Shown here one piece after another: positions 23,158 through 36,900 of a stretch of DNA of 64,000 nt; positions within the stretch are counted from its first letter, which is position 1, and each line of letters begins with the position of its first letter. The DNA is from Callorhinchus milii. Its lineage: Eukaryota. The stretch spans positions 32,118,001 to 32,182,000 of the forward strand of contig NW_024704742.1 in NCBI RefSeq assembly GCF_018977255.1, written 5' to 3'. Both the position numbers and the translations under genes were made by a program. Below the pieces are notes generated by a model. The model had not been told where the DNA came from and did no database searches. It saw nothing but the letters and a program-made list of their open reading frames with translations.

Positions 23158-25393
23158 GTAAGCTCTACGTGCAAACTGAGTTTGTTTCTTTTTGATAGTC
23201 ACTTGACACTAATACTGTATGTATAAAGTTTCTTTTCGGTTGGTAAATCTTGCTCAGATCCAACATTTTTCATGTTCTTAGCTTAAAACTACTGTTTTAC
23301 AATTTAAAATAACGCAGAAATTTGAAAAACAACCTTTAATTAAAAACAGCCTTAATTTGAAAGGCAATTTTCTGTGGGTTTTTTTCTTGTTGTCGTGGAA
23401 AATCAACCTCCAAATTCTATTTGAATCTAAGATTTTTTTTCCCCAAATTCCACAAAATCTTAAATTTATACAGTGCTCTTAAGCCTAAAAACATGAGAAA
23501 TTGTGGACCTAGATTAAGGATATTCTTGGTGTCTGGAGCTCAGGACCACTCCAGAGCCATTGGTGGAGATGTCCAGATTATTAATGCTCTGTGTTGGGGA
23601 AGGGAATATTAGACGGGGGGGGGGGGGGTGATAGACTCGAGGAGTTGAAAAGATGAGTCAAATACCTCTAAGGGGAGGGGAGAAATGCAGGGGAAAATAT
23701 CAAAGGAAACCAGTGGCAAAAATTAAAACGATCACACTATATAATAAGAATAATTCTTGCAAGAATGACATGATAAGGCACCATATCAAATGCATTTATT
23801 TAGCGCCTTTCATGCAGGGTAGAGTCCCGGAGCGCTTGACAGAGGCAGCCTGACACAGAACCGAAGGGGAGGTGACGTCTCAAAGCGCTTCATAGGATAT
23901 ACAGTAAAGTGGATTGATTGTATCTTTTGGATCAAACTATAAACAATTTGTATGTGTGCAGGTCTTATGGTAATTTCAGGCACCTGCTGTAAACTCAGAA
24001 TGGTTAGTGTTATATTTGGTATTTTGAAGACTCATGTCGAGTACCTGATTTGTAGGTAGCTGGCTACTGGTTCAAGTCCCAGGCTGCAGGCTGGTTGAAC
24101 TCAGCAATTTGCCAGTCTGACCTTATTATAGTGTATACTTTGCTCCCCTTGCAGGTCATCTATTGAAATGAAAGTTGTTGAAAAATAATTGGAATTCAAA
24201 TCTTTCCTGTAGCATCCTTTGGGATTCAGTCAGTGGAAGCTTTTGTATTTGCTCACATTTTTTCCAGCACGTTGCAATCTGATAAAGTGGGAGCAGGCTG
24301 AGGAATGTGAGGGATGGCTAAATATGGGCAAACATTTTTTGAAAAATATACATTAAAAAAAACAAATACAAGGAACCGAAAGGAGACACTTATTTAGTAG
24401 AACTGGTTTTATCCCATTATAACAAATGTTTGCCAAGAGGAACATCTATTTTTGCATAGCAAAGAAATACGTAAACTGTTTTCTTCTTTTTGTTGCTAAG
24501 GTCTACATTATGTCACGCAATGTAAAAACACGGAGCTTTTGTTTTTCTGTCCAAACTAAATTGGTAAGACAATGAAAGCAGATAGGGTTGTTGGCAGAAT
24601 TATTGTTGTTTATACTTGTAAAGCTATATCTAGGGCCAATAGAAAATTATGGAAATTTTTGCCCAAAATTAGCCATTTCCCAGAGTTTATTTCCTGGCAC
24701 CCAGTCATTTTAAGCATGAATACTTATGTTGTATTAGTTGGTTAGCCTAAACCCTTTCCCAGCATAAGTGATTGGAATAAATATGTTTCAGAAATAGATT
24801 TTTTTAATAAACCCCAGAAATATAGATGTATATTTACATTATAACAAAGTACAGAGTACAAAGCTCTGGAAAAGGGAATCCACCCTATCTACATCAACCC
24901 TACCAACCTGGCCATTCGCTTCACTCAGCAAACATCGACCTGCTTCATGTCCCTCACACTATCCACACCACCATCAGAAGGCAAGCTTTCAGCTATCATT
25001 CCTCGCTCTCTAGAATGCCATCCAGACTCCCTCAGTTTGCTACCTCCCTCAGCTTATTTGAGGTCTGTTTCAAGGCATACCTCTTTGATTGTGCTTTTGG
25101 TCATCTTTCTCCTCTCCATCTGTTTTGCCTCCATGCCTGGCTTGGCTGCCCAGCCAGCGGTATAAGTGCTTCGAGACTTCTTACCAATGTGAAAGACACT
25201 ATATTAATGTAAACTGTATTCTATTTGTCTGGTTGACTGGATACAATTGGTGTGGTTTTGAGATAGGCGCTGCAGTATTATTGGTGTTTCCACCACATGG
25301 TAAAGTTTACTTGTTACAGTCTTGAATAAAATGATAGTTGGTTGCCTCAGATGTTCTTCTACCACACCAATTCCAATATGTTTCCTTTTGCAG

Positions 25394-25526
25394 ATTGCAG
25401 TTCATCTGACAGATGATCTGCTCTCACGTGCATCCATGACTATAGTGAATGGACGCCCAACTCTGACAATCAACGTGTCAACTGCTCGAGAGCACTGGCT
25501 GGAGGGAATGCTGAGACACGAGATAG
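25394..25526 (+). CDS. MATCAP2: MATCAP2 coding exon 4 (HEI of the HExxxH zinc motif)
   Basis: ttttgcag| then IAVHLTDDLLSRASMTIVNGRPTLTINVSTAREHWLEGMLRHEI-G |GTGTGA. 133 nt. Confidence 0.96.
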
Positions 25527-26227
25527 GTGTGAGAAATCCCATTGGTCTTTCGTAGCTCAGATTAAGGTGTAGTTTGGAAGTAGATGAGACAGCGCTACGA
25601 TCTGTAGGTCAACACACTTAACCCTTGAAGTTTGTTCATTGGTGTTTCTTCCAGCAATGCCAAGTTCAACTTTATTCATCAGGGAAAAGGTAAAAATGAA
25701 GATGGGGATGGGAAGAGGTGCAGGGGTTTCAATTAACAATTCGTAATTAGATCATAATTACCTGGATACTCTGGAGGTGAGTCCCTCAACGCTGTTCTTA
25801 ATGCTTTGTGTGAAACCAGGCTGGACATTCTACTGTCAGGTAGTGACATTATGGCTACTTTGAATTTTATTCAGTAAAATGCAAACTGGCAGTAATTAAG
25901 GAACCAGTTTTATGGAGGTCAGCCTAAAGAACTGTGGGGGTAGAGGATGAGTTTGCGTTTGACACATTGATGGTAAATCCTAATTGATTTCAATTAAATT
26001 TTCTAATTTTAGTTTAGTACAGAAAGCTGTGGGGAAGGTCCACTTCCCAACTAGGAACATTTGCATTCAGAATGGCAGCTGAAGTAAAGTCATCTTGCAT
26101 TTTAGTTAGGGTAGAGTCTAGGTAGAGCAAAATACCTCTGTAAATGCGGGAGACAATATGCCCCATTTTTCAGCCAGGAATTTTAAATGTTTGTTTTCAA
26201 CATGAAAATCTTGGGCTCACTGTGCAG

Positions 26228-26533
26228 GTACCCACTATCTTCGAGGTTTGAACAACAACATGCAGCCCTGGTGTAACTGGAATGGTCGTAAGAAGCATGC
26301 ACTTAAACCAGTGAACCCAACTGAAGAGGGACTGGCCAGCATCCACAGTGTCCTGTTTCGCAAGGACCCTTTCCTCTGGAGGGCAGCTCTCCTCTACTAC
26401 ACAGTCTACAAAGCCAGTTTTATGTCCTTCAGTGAGCTCTTCCGAGATATTAGCAAGTTTGTGAAGGACCCAAACACTAGGTGGGATTACTGCGTGCGAG
26501 CTAAGCGTGGTCAGACTGACACATTACAAGCAG
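26228..26533 (+). CDS. MATCAP2: MATCAP2 coding exon 5
   Basis: tgtgcag|GT ACC CAC TAT. Encodes THYLRGLNN...NPTEEGLASIHSVLFRKDPFLWRAALLYY...RWDYCVRAKRGQTDTLQA-G |GTAGAC. 306 nt. Confidence 0.96.
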
Positions 26534-28902
26534 GTAGACACTCATTTTGACAATGCAAGTGTTTCCATTGATCAATATGTGAAATGGGAGTGTGTGGAAC
26601 TTAAAACAAATCCATTTGCATCTCATACTAAGTGGCTAATGTCATTTTGTGAAGAAGTGTGTATCATAGATTATGAGAACACAATGTTATTTAATGTTCA
26701 GATTTATTCAGTTGTAGGACAGCACTGAGTCCTCATCACAGTGAAAAAATGTTCTGCAAATTGTATTTTATTCATTTACATTAAGGGAAATCCCATTAAA
26801 AAGACCTGGGGAAAAGATTTTCATTTTTAGTGATCAGCAGACAATAGACCCTCTTTTGGGAGGCTATTTTACATGACCCTGACACAATAGAGGGAGGAGA
26901 CTCACTTCATTTTTCTGTGTTCCAACTTGCATGCAATCCAGATATTCATTTTAAAAACAGCAGATCAGAAGATGACATTTCAAAATGCCAATTTTATAAT
27001 TGGAACTTCAAAAGTCCAAGAATACTAGCCCTTTAAAATATTCCTATCATCAAATATAAATATGTACACCTAACAGTTGTAATTCAAATTCATGGGATGT
27101 TGAACATGGCACATAAAACTCGCCCAGAAGCATCCTCTACACCGATCAAAATACAAGTGAGTTAGCAATGAAATTCATTCATTTCCATCATTATTATTAT
27201 ACTTGGGGTAACTATTCAGTGCTAAGCTATCTGATTATGGAATATGTTGCCCTTGGGGTTAGAACGTAGTCAATTCATATTTATTTCAAAATATTTAGCT
27301 GGCTTCATTGCTTGCAAATTACCCACTAAAAGTTCTTTTTTCATATGGTTTTAAACATTTTGAAACCACAAGATTCAATTCCCTTCCCTTTCCTATCTCG
27401 TGTGTCTATATACCACTTTACCCTGCAAGAAGTTAAATGTGATCCCTTCCCCCCCCCCCCCCAGGAATGTTACAACAATTTAGCATGGGGAAGTCTCATT
27501 TATTATCTAACCCTTGATGGATCTGCACCTTCCATAGCCATAGCTTAAATGAATACCATAAGCTGCAACATACGACAGTGTAATTTATAAGACTTTCAAA
27601 TCTTGATTCTTTTGCACTGGACTAGATGGTGGCTACTACTCAAAATGTGTTGATGGAAAATTTGTAGAGATAGAAATCTTGCATTCACTTCTGTAGGATT
27701 TCTATACAGAGAATCAGAGCATTGGATTAGTCAGGGGTACATCCCATGACCAGGAGACTGTTTGGACAACTGTAAAACTGGACCAGTTTGCTTTGAATAA
27801 ACTGCAAATATTTCCAACTAATAAATATAGCAAAGGGAATGCAATGCCTATTAAATATGGGAAATAACAGGCAGAAATTAGAAGGTTCTAAACATGATTA
27901 TGATTACAACTATGAAAAAAGCCCCAAATTGATTTTTAAAAATTCTTCCTCTTATTCTTCTGTGATTCTTTTTGCAAGACCTTGTAATTTCTAAAAATAA
28001 ATAAAAATATAAGAAATGGTCTCACATCCACCATTGCCATATGATGAAATCCCATCCTAGTTTGCCATACAGTTCCACCATCAAGTAAAATGTGAGAGTA
28101 CACTCTCTATTGAAATGCACAAAGTGCAGGAAAGGCACAATGTACTTTTGGAATCCAATCCAAGTTCTGCCTTGTGTTTAGATTGCTTCTTGGTAGCATG
28201 TGTTATCTGAAGTGAAACGGAAACTTTTTTTTTGGTCACCCGGTGTCTGATACATTCGGAAACAAACCAAGCTGAGGTTTCCATGTACTCCCAGAGATAG
28301 ATTGTTCAGATGGAATGCACACTCTCTACCTGGAGGGATGCATCCTGCTTACCTAATTCTGGAAAGTATTAGGAGCAGGTTGGCAAGAGTCCAGAGTATG
28401 TGTTGAGGTACTGCTGGTATCTTTACCACCCAAAACTGTACAGCCTGCCATTGATATTGCTGTCTGGCAAGCTTTTCCACCGTTTGTCCAGTTAGGACCA
28501 CCCAACCCATTAAGGCTTTGGCTTGCAGGGTTAACAGGAGCTGAGTGGTATGACTCCCTGCCCCCAGTGAGTGGTCTGCCCTCCAGGTCCTGCTGATCAG
28601 CAAGGTTGGCTGTGCAGTCATCAGCAGTGCCCTAGAATACTGCTCAGCGAAACATAACATGGCATCACCAAAGTTCTGTAATGGACAGAAATGCAAAGGC
28701 TTCAGAAGTATTAGTAAAAGCATTTGGAGTTATTCCAACTGTGAGCTTCACATTATAAGCAGCATTAATAGAACTCCATGTAGGCCTTTAAGACACTTAA
28801 ATGAGCAAAAAATGAAAATCGTGCTTTACACTGAGTGATTAGAATTGAATAAATAAGTGGAGACCTGACCTGATTTCCTTTATGACGCTTGTTCTTCTTT
28901 AG

Positions 28903-29000
28903 GTTGTTTTAGCAAAGATCAAGTATATCTAGATGGCATTCTTAAAATTTTGAGACACAGAAGTAGCATCAACTTCCAGCTTTTAACAGCACTGGGAAAG
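28903..29000 (+). CDS. MATCAP2: MATCAP2 coding exon 6
   Basis: ttcttctttag|GT TGT TTT AGC AAA GAT CAA. Encodes (G)CFSKDQVYLDGILKILRHRSSINFQLLTALGK |GTCAGT. 98 nt; too short to appear in the ORF track. Confidence 0.95.
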
Positions 29001-30390
29001 GTCAGTGAAATGTAATGCTTGTTTGGAATTGTGTATGTCTTTCCTGTGAGCTTTGGTAGGAACATAAGATTATACAGGACCAGAAAAGATCATTATAGTC
29101 CATCTAGCCATTCCCTAAAGGATTTTGATGCTTGTAAATTAAATATAAAACAATTGTGACACTGTGTACATTGGGTCAACTAAGAAGAACTTGCATTTTG
29201 ACAGTGCCTTCTCACACAAACATATTAAAGTACAACACAGGTCATTATAGTCAAGATGGCAGCCTGTCTTATCTAGTCTGATACTCCAGTGCAGTGCTTT
29301 GTCAGAGATGCTTGTTATTCTAATGTGATGTTAAATTGAATTACATCTACCTTTTCAGGTGGAGGTTGAAGGTCCCATTGCACTATTTAAAATGAGAAGG
29401 GCTATTCTTCTAGTGTCCAACAATCCCCTGATAAAATTGGTTATTCACTTCATTGCTGTGTGCAAAGAGGCTGCCACCTTTGCCTATAAACATATAGTCA
29501 CTACACTTACAGTAAATCTGAAGTGCTTTGAAACACTTCAGTGCTGTGACACTGAGCATTTGTAAGAACATGGAGCATCATTTTACTGCCTCTTTCTTGT
29601 TATTTTCATTCTATCTCATCTCCACATTGCAAACACCTTTTTCACAGAAGTGTGTTAGTTCCCTACTTGACTCAAAACAAACTTGTTTTGTGGCATGTTT
29701 AACTTCCTTGTCAGGTCAATTGTCACTGCTGCAGTCTCACTTCACAAAACTTACATGTTTAATATGGAATTTATTTTCCCCCAAAATATGCAAACCAAGT
29801 GGTGGAAGCCCTGACAATTCTAATGTGTAGGTGTGCCGATTTTAGACATTTTTCGTGGTTTGACCAATGAATGTTTATTTTTCAATTCTTACCATTGTTT
29901 GGTAAAAAATTCTAAATGGCCGACTTGCAGCTTGGCATAACACCATGAACATCACAAACAGACTATATGTCTGTGACACGGAAATCAGCCACGTTTTGTT
30001 TAACATGATAAAAAAAAGTCTGCAAAAAGTATTGATGAGAATTCAGTTCAGTCGAAGTAGGACAAACCAATGTCTATCACACTAGCAAGCCTGTATGTAA
30101 TGCCATCTTTTAAAGAGACAAGTCCCAGTCTTCCCATATTTGGTTGATGGCTTATGTGTCAGGTTGGACAAGACTCAAAGATATGGCGAGTAATCTAACA
30201 TTGCAGAATATTATCCAGGCATATTCTTTAAAAAAGATATTTATAATGCGGAAGAAGGCCATTCAGCCCATCATGTCTGTGCTTGCTCTTTTGAAGAGCA
30301 ATGTGCATAGGAAGTGGTTTGGACAAATGTTATATTTATTGTGCATAGAAAAGCAAACATGATTAGTCTCTTATCTTTTGTTTCTGTCAG

Positions 30391-30549
30391 GTTTCTTATG
30401 AAGATATAGAGAAGCTGAAGAGTATTGCTATGTTACACCATGTGCAAATACCTCACTTCCTGCGGGACCAGACTCGATACAAGGACGAGTTGAATAAGAT
30501 CATGGAAGTGAATGGGTTGACGGACAGTGAACTCCAGTTATTGGTCTAA
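30391..30549 (+). CDS. MATCAP2: MATCAP2 terminal coding exon 7
   Basis: tttctgtcag| then VSYEDIEKLKSIAMLHHVQIPHFLRDQTRYKDELNKIMEVNGLTDSELQLLV-TAA. Total CDS 25+668+144+133+306+98+159 = 1533 nt (510 aa). Confidence 0.95.
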   Translation, partial: VSYEDIEKLKSIAMLHHVQIPHFLRDQTRYKDELNKIMEVNGLTDSELQLLV

Positions 30550-31599
30550 AAAAATCCTTAAACTGATACAAATATTGAGATCTCCAAACAAATATATGAC
30601 CACATTCATCTTTGCTAAACTAAGGTTGTCATTCAGAGTTCGAAACTTGTTTAACAGGCAATTTATCTTTGGCTTGGTCCACTATTTTCAGTTACTAAAT
30701 CACTGAAAGAGGATCAGAAATTTCTAATTGAGGTGTGAAGTACTAATATTAAATTAAATAGGTATATTTTATGTTTTTGTCACCGAGATCAAAACTAAAT
30801 AACGTTTTGTAAAACAAAAAAATTAAAATCTGCGGGAGAAGAATTGCCTAAAAAACATTAATTTGTACAAAATAGAACACAAAGATAAATTGAATTACAA
30901 CTATTCTAAGTAAAAAAAGAAGCAAGGCAAAAAAGTGTGGCCAACAGCATGATATTTAGAAGATAACACCTGTGCCCATATACGTATAGCACCATTTATC
31001 TGTACATCACCTCATTGTGGTATACTATAAAATGCTGCTGTTCTGTTCTTGACACATCCAGCAGCATTCACTTGTAAAAAAATTCACAATATAATATAGT
31101 AAACTAAATCTCCACAAGTACAGAAGAACTACGACAATGGTCACATCACAATGGAATTTCTGTGGAATAAGAATGCTCTACCTGTACATTTCAAACATAC
31201 CATTATTATAAATTGTTCAATTCTGTAAAACTGTAAATTTTTTAAAAAGTATAATTTTCTTTGATCTGCAGGAGCGTTCACTAGGAAGTTAGGAACACAG
31301 GAACACATCAAGAACACAGGAGGTATTGATGTCAAAGAAACTGAGACTTGAAAGAAGGCTATATATCAGAGGAACAGTTATAGCTGATGGGGCCAATTAT
31401 GGGATTAGTAGTCCTTTATATTTTGGAAGATACTTGAAAGAACCTCCAGAAGTTTCAGTGGGTTCTTTTATGTTAAGAGAAATGGTTTATCTCTGCACTC
31501 ATAGACAAATAAAATATAGTCCTTACAGCATCTAGTGCCAGAGGTCAAGTCCAACAAAGCATAGATTTATCAACAGGATTTGAAATAATTTATAATATA

Positions 31600-31960
31600 T
31601 AATAATCCTTGCATTTGATATAGCGCCAGATTACGTCATTGAGATGCCTCAAAGTGCTTCACGGGATATAATATAAAGTGGATTGACTGTGTTTTTGGTG
31701 GGCGAAACGCAGCGGCCAATTGCGCACAGCAGTGTCTCACAAGCAGTCGTGGATTGAGTGAGCACATTTTTAAAAATTTGTTCTGAGGCATTACCCCTGG
31801 AAAGCAACCCACCAATCGACTAACAGCTAGATACCTACTTACTGCTAGGTAAACAGGTGTGTGGAGTAAGGAAGTTTACCTAAGGTTTCGCCCCAGCCTG
31901 GGAATCAAACCTGGGTCATCTCGTTTGTGTGGTGAGCGCACTAATCACTATGCTACAGGA
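31600..31960 (-). mobile_element. tRNA-derived SINE, long subfamily (possibly within the MATCAP2 3' UTR)
   Basis: Same family as the 17180 copy. Confidence 0.85.
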
Positions 31961-33017
31961 ATTGTATACATTGAGACTTTTCAGGAAATCAAGTATAGAT
32001 AAGAAAAGGATACACAGTATAAAAAATCTTCACTGCTATGCACTCTTATCCAACTAATTGAAACTTGAGAAAAGAAAATAGCCATAGGAAAAACACCGAT
32101 CGAGAACTGTAAATGAAAGATGAGATCTTTTGTTCCCTCGTGAATCTCCAATTTGTCACTTATTGCTTTAATACAACTTTATGCAGTTAGAGACATACCT
32201 TCTCCTAAGGGGGTAATTCACCCATTTACCTTTTACCAGTTTGCATTACCCTGAAGGTAAATATTCTTGGACCATTGGGAAATAACATCCAGTGTTGATA
32301 AGGATCTTCTCTAAGGTTAAAATTCCTTTAAGGTACTTTCTGAATGCTGATCTAGCTTTATTGGTAAAGAAGTGTATATTGTTCTCCATTTTCATTTACA
32401 CCCTGACATTCGACACAAAATATGATATCTGGAGGAATTTTCATTTGTATTTGAAATTGATGGGATTGCCTGAAAGTCAACGTCTCATTGGATACTCTGA
32501 AGATATTAAATCGTCCACTTGGGCGGACTGCTCTAAGATGCACTTTGGCATGCAATGGTGAACCATCCTCATTGCTAATAGAGTTCCACAACTATTGATG
32601 TTAGTGTGTGCTTGTGTCCTAAATTTAATATTTCGTAATTAATGGAACAACTGGATAGGGGAAGGGGTACCAATTGTCAGGCCTTGCTTTCTTATATAAT
32701 ATGTGCTTTTTCACGCATTACGTATCTCAATGCATTATGGTGGAAGATGACACAAAATGGTAGTGCATGTCTCTTATGTGTTATCACTGAATTGCCTTTG
32801 TCACTGCCTCTGTTTAAAGGCATCCATGTCTTTGCTCTTGAATGTTTGTACTGGTGTTGGAGTGAAGTGTTTGCAGTAAGATTATTTGTTTGTTCAATGA
32901 ACATTCAGCACTTTCAACCTTTGTATCAGTGGCAAAAATTAAATGCAAGTTACAAATTTGCAATCTTTTAGTCCTATTTAAATGAATAGTAAACTGTTAC
33001 GAACCTACAGATGAATT

Positions 33018-33023
33018 AATAAA
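33018..33023 (+). terminator. Candidate distal poly(A) signal of MATCAP2 (proximal candidate AATAAA at 31508-31513)
   Basis: AATAAA at the end of an AT-rich, UTR-like stretch, just before an L2 insertion. Usage cannot be shown from sequence alone. Confidence 0.4.
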
Positions 33024-33042
33024 ATTAACGACCAGTATTTTT

Positions 33043-33061
33043 ATGCCACTAGATGTCACTA
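33043..33061 (+). promoter_or_regulatory. CTCF-like motif
   Basis: ATGCCACTAGATGTCACTA, same orientation as the 38565 site. Confidence 0.5.
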
Positions 33062-34290
33062 CAACAACAACAACAAAATTACATTTATAGAGCGCCTTTC
33101 AGGTGGGGAGGAGGTCCCAAAGCGCTGAACAGTCAGATGTCGGGGCCCGAGCATGGGGGAGGGGTGGTGTAGGGGTGAGGGAAGGCAGAGAGGTGGGAGG
33201 GAGACCAAAGGCACGGTCGAAGAGAGGGGTCTTGAGACCGGCCTTGAAGGATGCAAGGGAGGAAGCGAGGCGAAGGGACCGTGGGATGGAGTACCAGAGT
33301 GTGGGGGCAGAGAGGCTGAAAGCCCGGCCACCGATGGTAGGGCGGGTCGGGCGGGAGACATGGAACAGGCCTGAGCCTGATGAATGGGCAGGTTGGTAGG
33401 GAATCAGCAGGTCAGAGAGGTAGGAGGGGGCAAGGCCATGGATGGCCTTGAAAGTGAGGATGAGGATCTTGAACTCGATCCTCTGGGGAATGGGGAGACA
33501 GTGGAGTCGGGTGAGGGTGGGAGTGATGGGGTCACGGAACCTGGTGCGCGAGAGTACACGAGCTGCAGAGTTTTGGATGATCTGCAGCTTGTGAAGGGAA
33601 GAGTTGGGAAGGCCGATGAGGAGGGAGTTCCCGTAATCAAACCCTGAGGTGACGATTGCGTGGGTGAAGGTTTCGGCAGCCTGAGGGGTGAGGCAGTGGC
33701 GGAGTCTGGCAATGTTGTGGAGGTGGTGGTAGGCAGTGCCGGTCATGGCGCGGATGTGGGGGAGAAAGGACAGTTCAGGGTCAAACAAGATACCCAGGTT
33801 CCTGACTGGCTTAGTGAGGTTGAGTGTGCAGTCGTGGAGGCTGATGCTGCCAGTGCCTGAGGTGTGGAGACGCTGGCGTGAGACAATCAGGATGGCCTCG
33901 GTCTTGCTGACGTTGAGTTGGAAAAGTTGGCCCTAGTCCAGGACTTGATGTTGGACAGGCAGTCGGTCAGGACCTCAGTAGTCCTGGAGTTCAGGGTGGA
34001 GGCAGAGAGGTAGAGTTGGGTATCATTCGCATACATGTGGAAATTTACCCCATGTCTGTGGATGGCGTCAACAAGGGGGAGCATGTAGAGGGTGAAGAGG
34101 AGGGGTCCGAGGACAGAGCCCTGAGGAACACCACACAAAGACAGTTCAGGGGCTGGAGGAGAAACCGTTTGCCGCGACGAAGTGGAGGCAGTGTGAAAGG
34201 TAGGACCTGAACCAGTCAAGGACAGAACCTTGAAGGTTGAGGTGGGAGGAGAGGCGGTGGAGGAGGATTGAGTGGTCCATGGTGTCAACA
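33061..34290 (-). mobile_element. L2-clade LINE, 5'-truncated, frameshifted RT
   Basis: [44 protein letters not shown]; (GTT)n tail at 33061-33075. Confidence 0.92.
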
Positions 34291-36626
34291 CTAACACGTT
34301 TCAGTGTTGCACTTCCTAAATCCAAAACTAAAGAGCATAAATGTAAGATCGCCAGTGATATATCTAATAGGGAGCTTAGGAAGAAGTTCTTCATGTGTAG
34401 GGTGATGAGAATGTGCAGCTCACTGTCCAAATCTGTGGTTGAAGCAAATAGCATCAATGTATTTAGAGAGAAAATTTAATTCATACATGAAGAGAGAGTT
34501 AGAAGGGCAAAGGTGGGATGGGTCTTGTGTGGAGTTTAAACACCAGCACAGACTTGTTTAGCTGAATGGCCTGTTTCTATGTCATATCACTATGTAATTC
34601 CACGTAATAGTAAGCTATGCTTAGTCAAAGGTAAGAACATTCTCATCAACTGATTACAATAGTTTTTCATGATAAAGATGAACAGTCGATCATGATTAGA
34701 ACATTTTGTAAAACAAATTTAATATCAGAATTAAGCTTCCTAGTTATTTAATGCACATTAACTTTCACATTCTTTTGCATTCATTATCTATTATGCATTC
34801 CAGATACTTGCAGGAAATCTAGACCCACTGGGTAGATGGTACATTGTTCAATGATACACTGCATGAACACATAGTACTCCTCTGCACATTTTATAGGGAA
34901 TGGTTAGGTTGAACTGTGCAATCTGGAGGCAAATTATGGCTTGATGCTATCTTTGGAGCTACAATCAACCACCCAAAAAGTTTGAAAGAGTGACATTAAA
35001 TATTGATACTGTATTTAGTTAATAACATAGTTCATGATTTGCACTTAGATCAGTGATTATGAGTGAGTAATGTAAATCAGAATTCTAGCATCACAACTTT
35101 CAACCGCTCTAAACTTCATTTTATCTGCATTCTCCATCTAAATGAGTTTACCTGGCCTGGGAGATCTTGTTGGCAACATTTGGTGCCTGGAAAGATGGCA
35201 ATCCCTTCATTATGATTAATACTTTTTCACCCCACAAAAAGAAGAAACCTCACTTTCAACATTTTTTTCTCAGGAGAATTCATTTAAACTTTGCATGTGT
35301 GGATGGGAGAGAAAAAAACACTGCTGAAAGTTTTTAAAAATGTTACAAGTCAAAATAAAACTCTCTTTCAACAAGATATCCCAATGCTATTTTTCAATCC
35401 AGCCAAATTAATTCAGCCGCAGATCACTGTTTTCATTGATTTCTTTGATCAATATAAATTTCCTGGGTTAAAGGAGAGAAAAATGTCACTTTCCCAAGCT
35501 CAAAATGAACTGTTTAAGGAAACCTGAGGCCAAGGTTGGGTTTATATTATAATCCTTACATTTGATACAACACCTTTCACAACTGTCATGACACTCGTTT
35601 AGCTTCACAAGATATACTCTTAAAGTGTAATGATTTATACTTGTATGTTTAGGTGCCAATATGCACGTAGAAATGTCCCACAAATAGCAATGAAGTGAAT
35701 GACAAATTTTATTTGGGGGATTGTTGGCCAGGTTACCAGGAGAAACAGCAACAATATTGTGCTTTTCACTTTGGGAGGACATCTCAAGAAACTTTCGAGT
35801 AGTGCTATGAGATCTTTAACATCCACCAGAACAAGCAGACATGACTCAGTTTACCATCTAATTCAAAGGATGGCCAACAATAAACATCTCCAGCAATGCC
35901 CTGGGGGTCAAAGTTACAATGTGGAACCTAAATCAACAACCTTCTGACTCAGGTGAGAATTGAGAATATTAGGAACTGAAACAAGCATTAAAAAACCTCA
36001 GCATCACTTAAGTTTAAGTTTCCTTTTGATGGATCAAGCAGATAAAATACCTAATAACTAAAAATTAGGCCAGGTGACAAAAAAATAAAAAAACAAAATG
36101 ATGACGTTCAGGGGAGCTGATGAGGTTTATAATAATAATAATCCTTACACTTGATATAGCGTATTTTCACATCAGCGAGTCGTCTCAAAACGCTTCAGAG
36201 TTTTGAGACGTTACTTTACTTTATTAATTTATTTAATTTATTAATTTATTTAATTCACTTTACAGAGTTACTGTAAAGTGAATTGACTGTATATTTTGTT
36301 TGAACCCTAAACATTGTCCAAAACACTTTGAACACAGTTACGCAAGGTACCAAGTGCAAGATTCCTTTAAACCCAGAGACTGGCCAGCCCACTTTTACAC
36401 CCACTGACACAGACCAATAACCAAGCTCTCACCACACGGACCGAGAAGCTGGAATGAATGTCTTTAACCTAACAGAAATTAATCCTCTGCCCTGGCTGTT
36501 TCTCAAAGTGTCTGTCATGAAGTGTTTGGCTATGCATACCCGCTCACCAGCAGGATTTCCATTATTACATATAACTGTTTTTCCAGGAGCAAAACTCTGC
36601 TCCCAAGGAAATAAAAAAACTATAAT

Positions 36627-36900
36627 GTAATAATAATAATAATAATAATAATTCTTGCATTTGATATAGCGCTTTTCACGTCGGGAGGACGTCCCAAAGC
36701 GCTTCACAGAACGCACTGTAAAGTGAATTGACTGTATATTTGTGGGCGAACGCGGCAGCCAATTGCGCACAGCAATGTCCCACAAACAGTCGTAGATTGA
36801 AAATGACCAATTTATTATTGTTTTTTGTTTTGGAGGAATTAGGCGTGTGGAGTAAGGAAACTTGCCCAAGGTTTCGCCCTGCCTGGAATTGAACTCAGGT
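36627..36900 (-). mobile_element. Young short-subfamily SINE, 5'-truncated, abutting the tail of an older Deu-domain SINE
   Basis: Near-identical to the 9827 and 13273 copies. Confidence 0.88.

Noticed and set aside
33099..33788. 229-aa ORF and other RT-like ORFs (39271, 48169, 52823, 56035) as genes or an active LINE
   Set aside because: All are 5'-truncated, frameshifted L2 fragments; no complete ORF2 or endonuclease domain.
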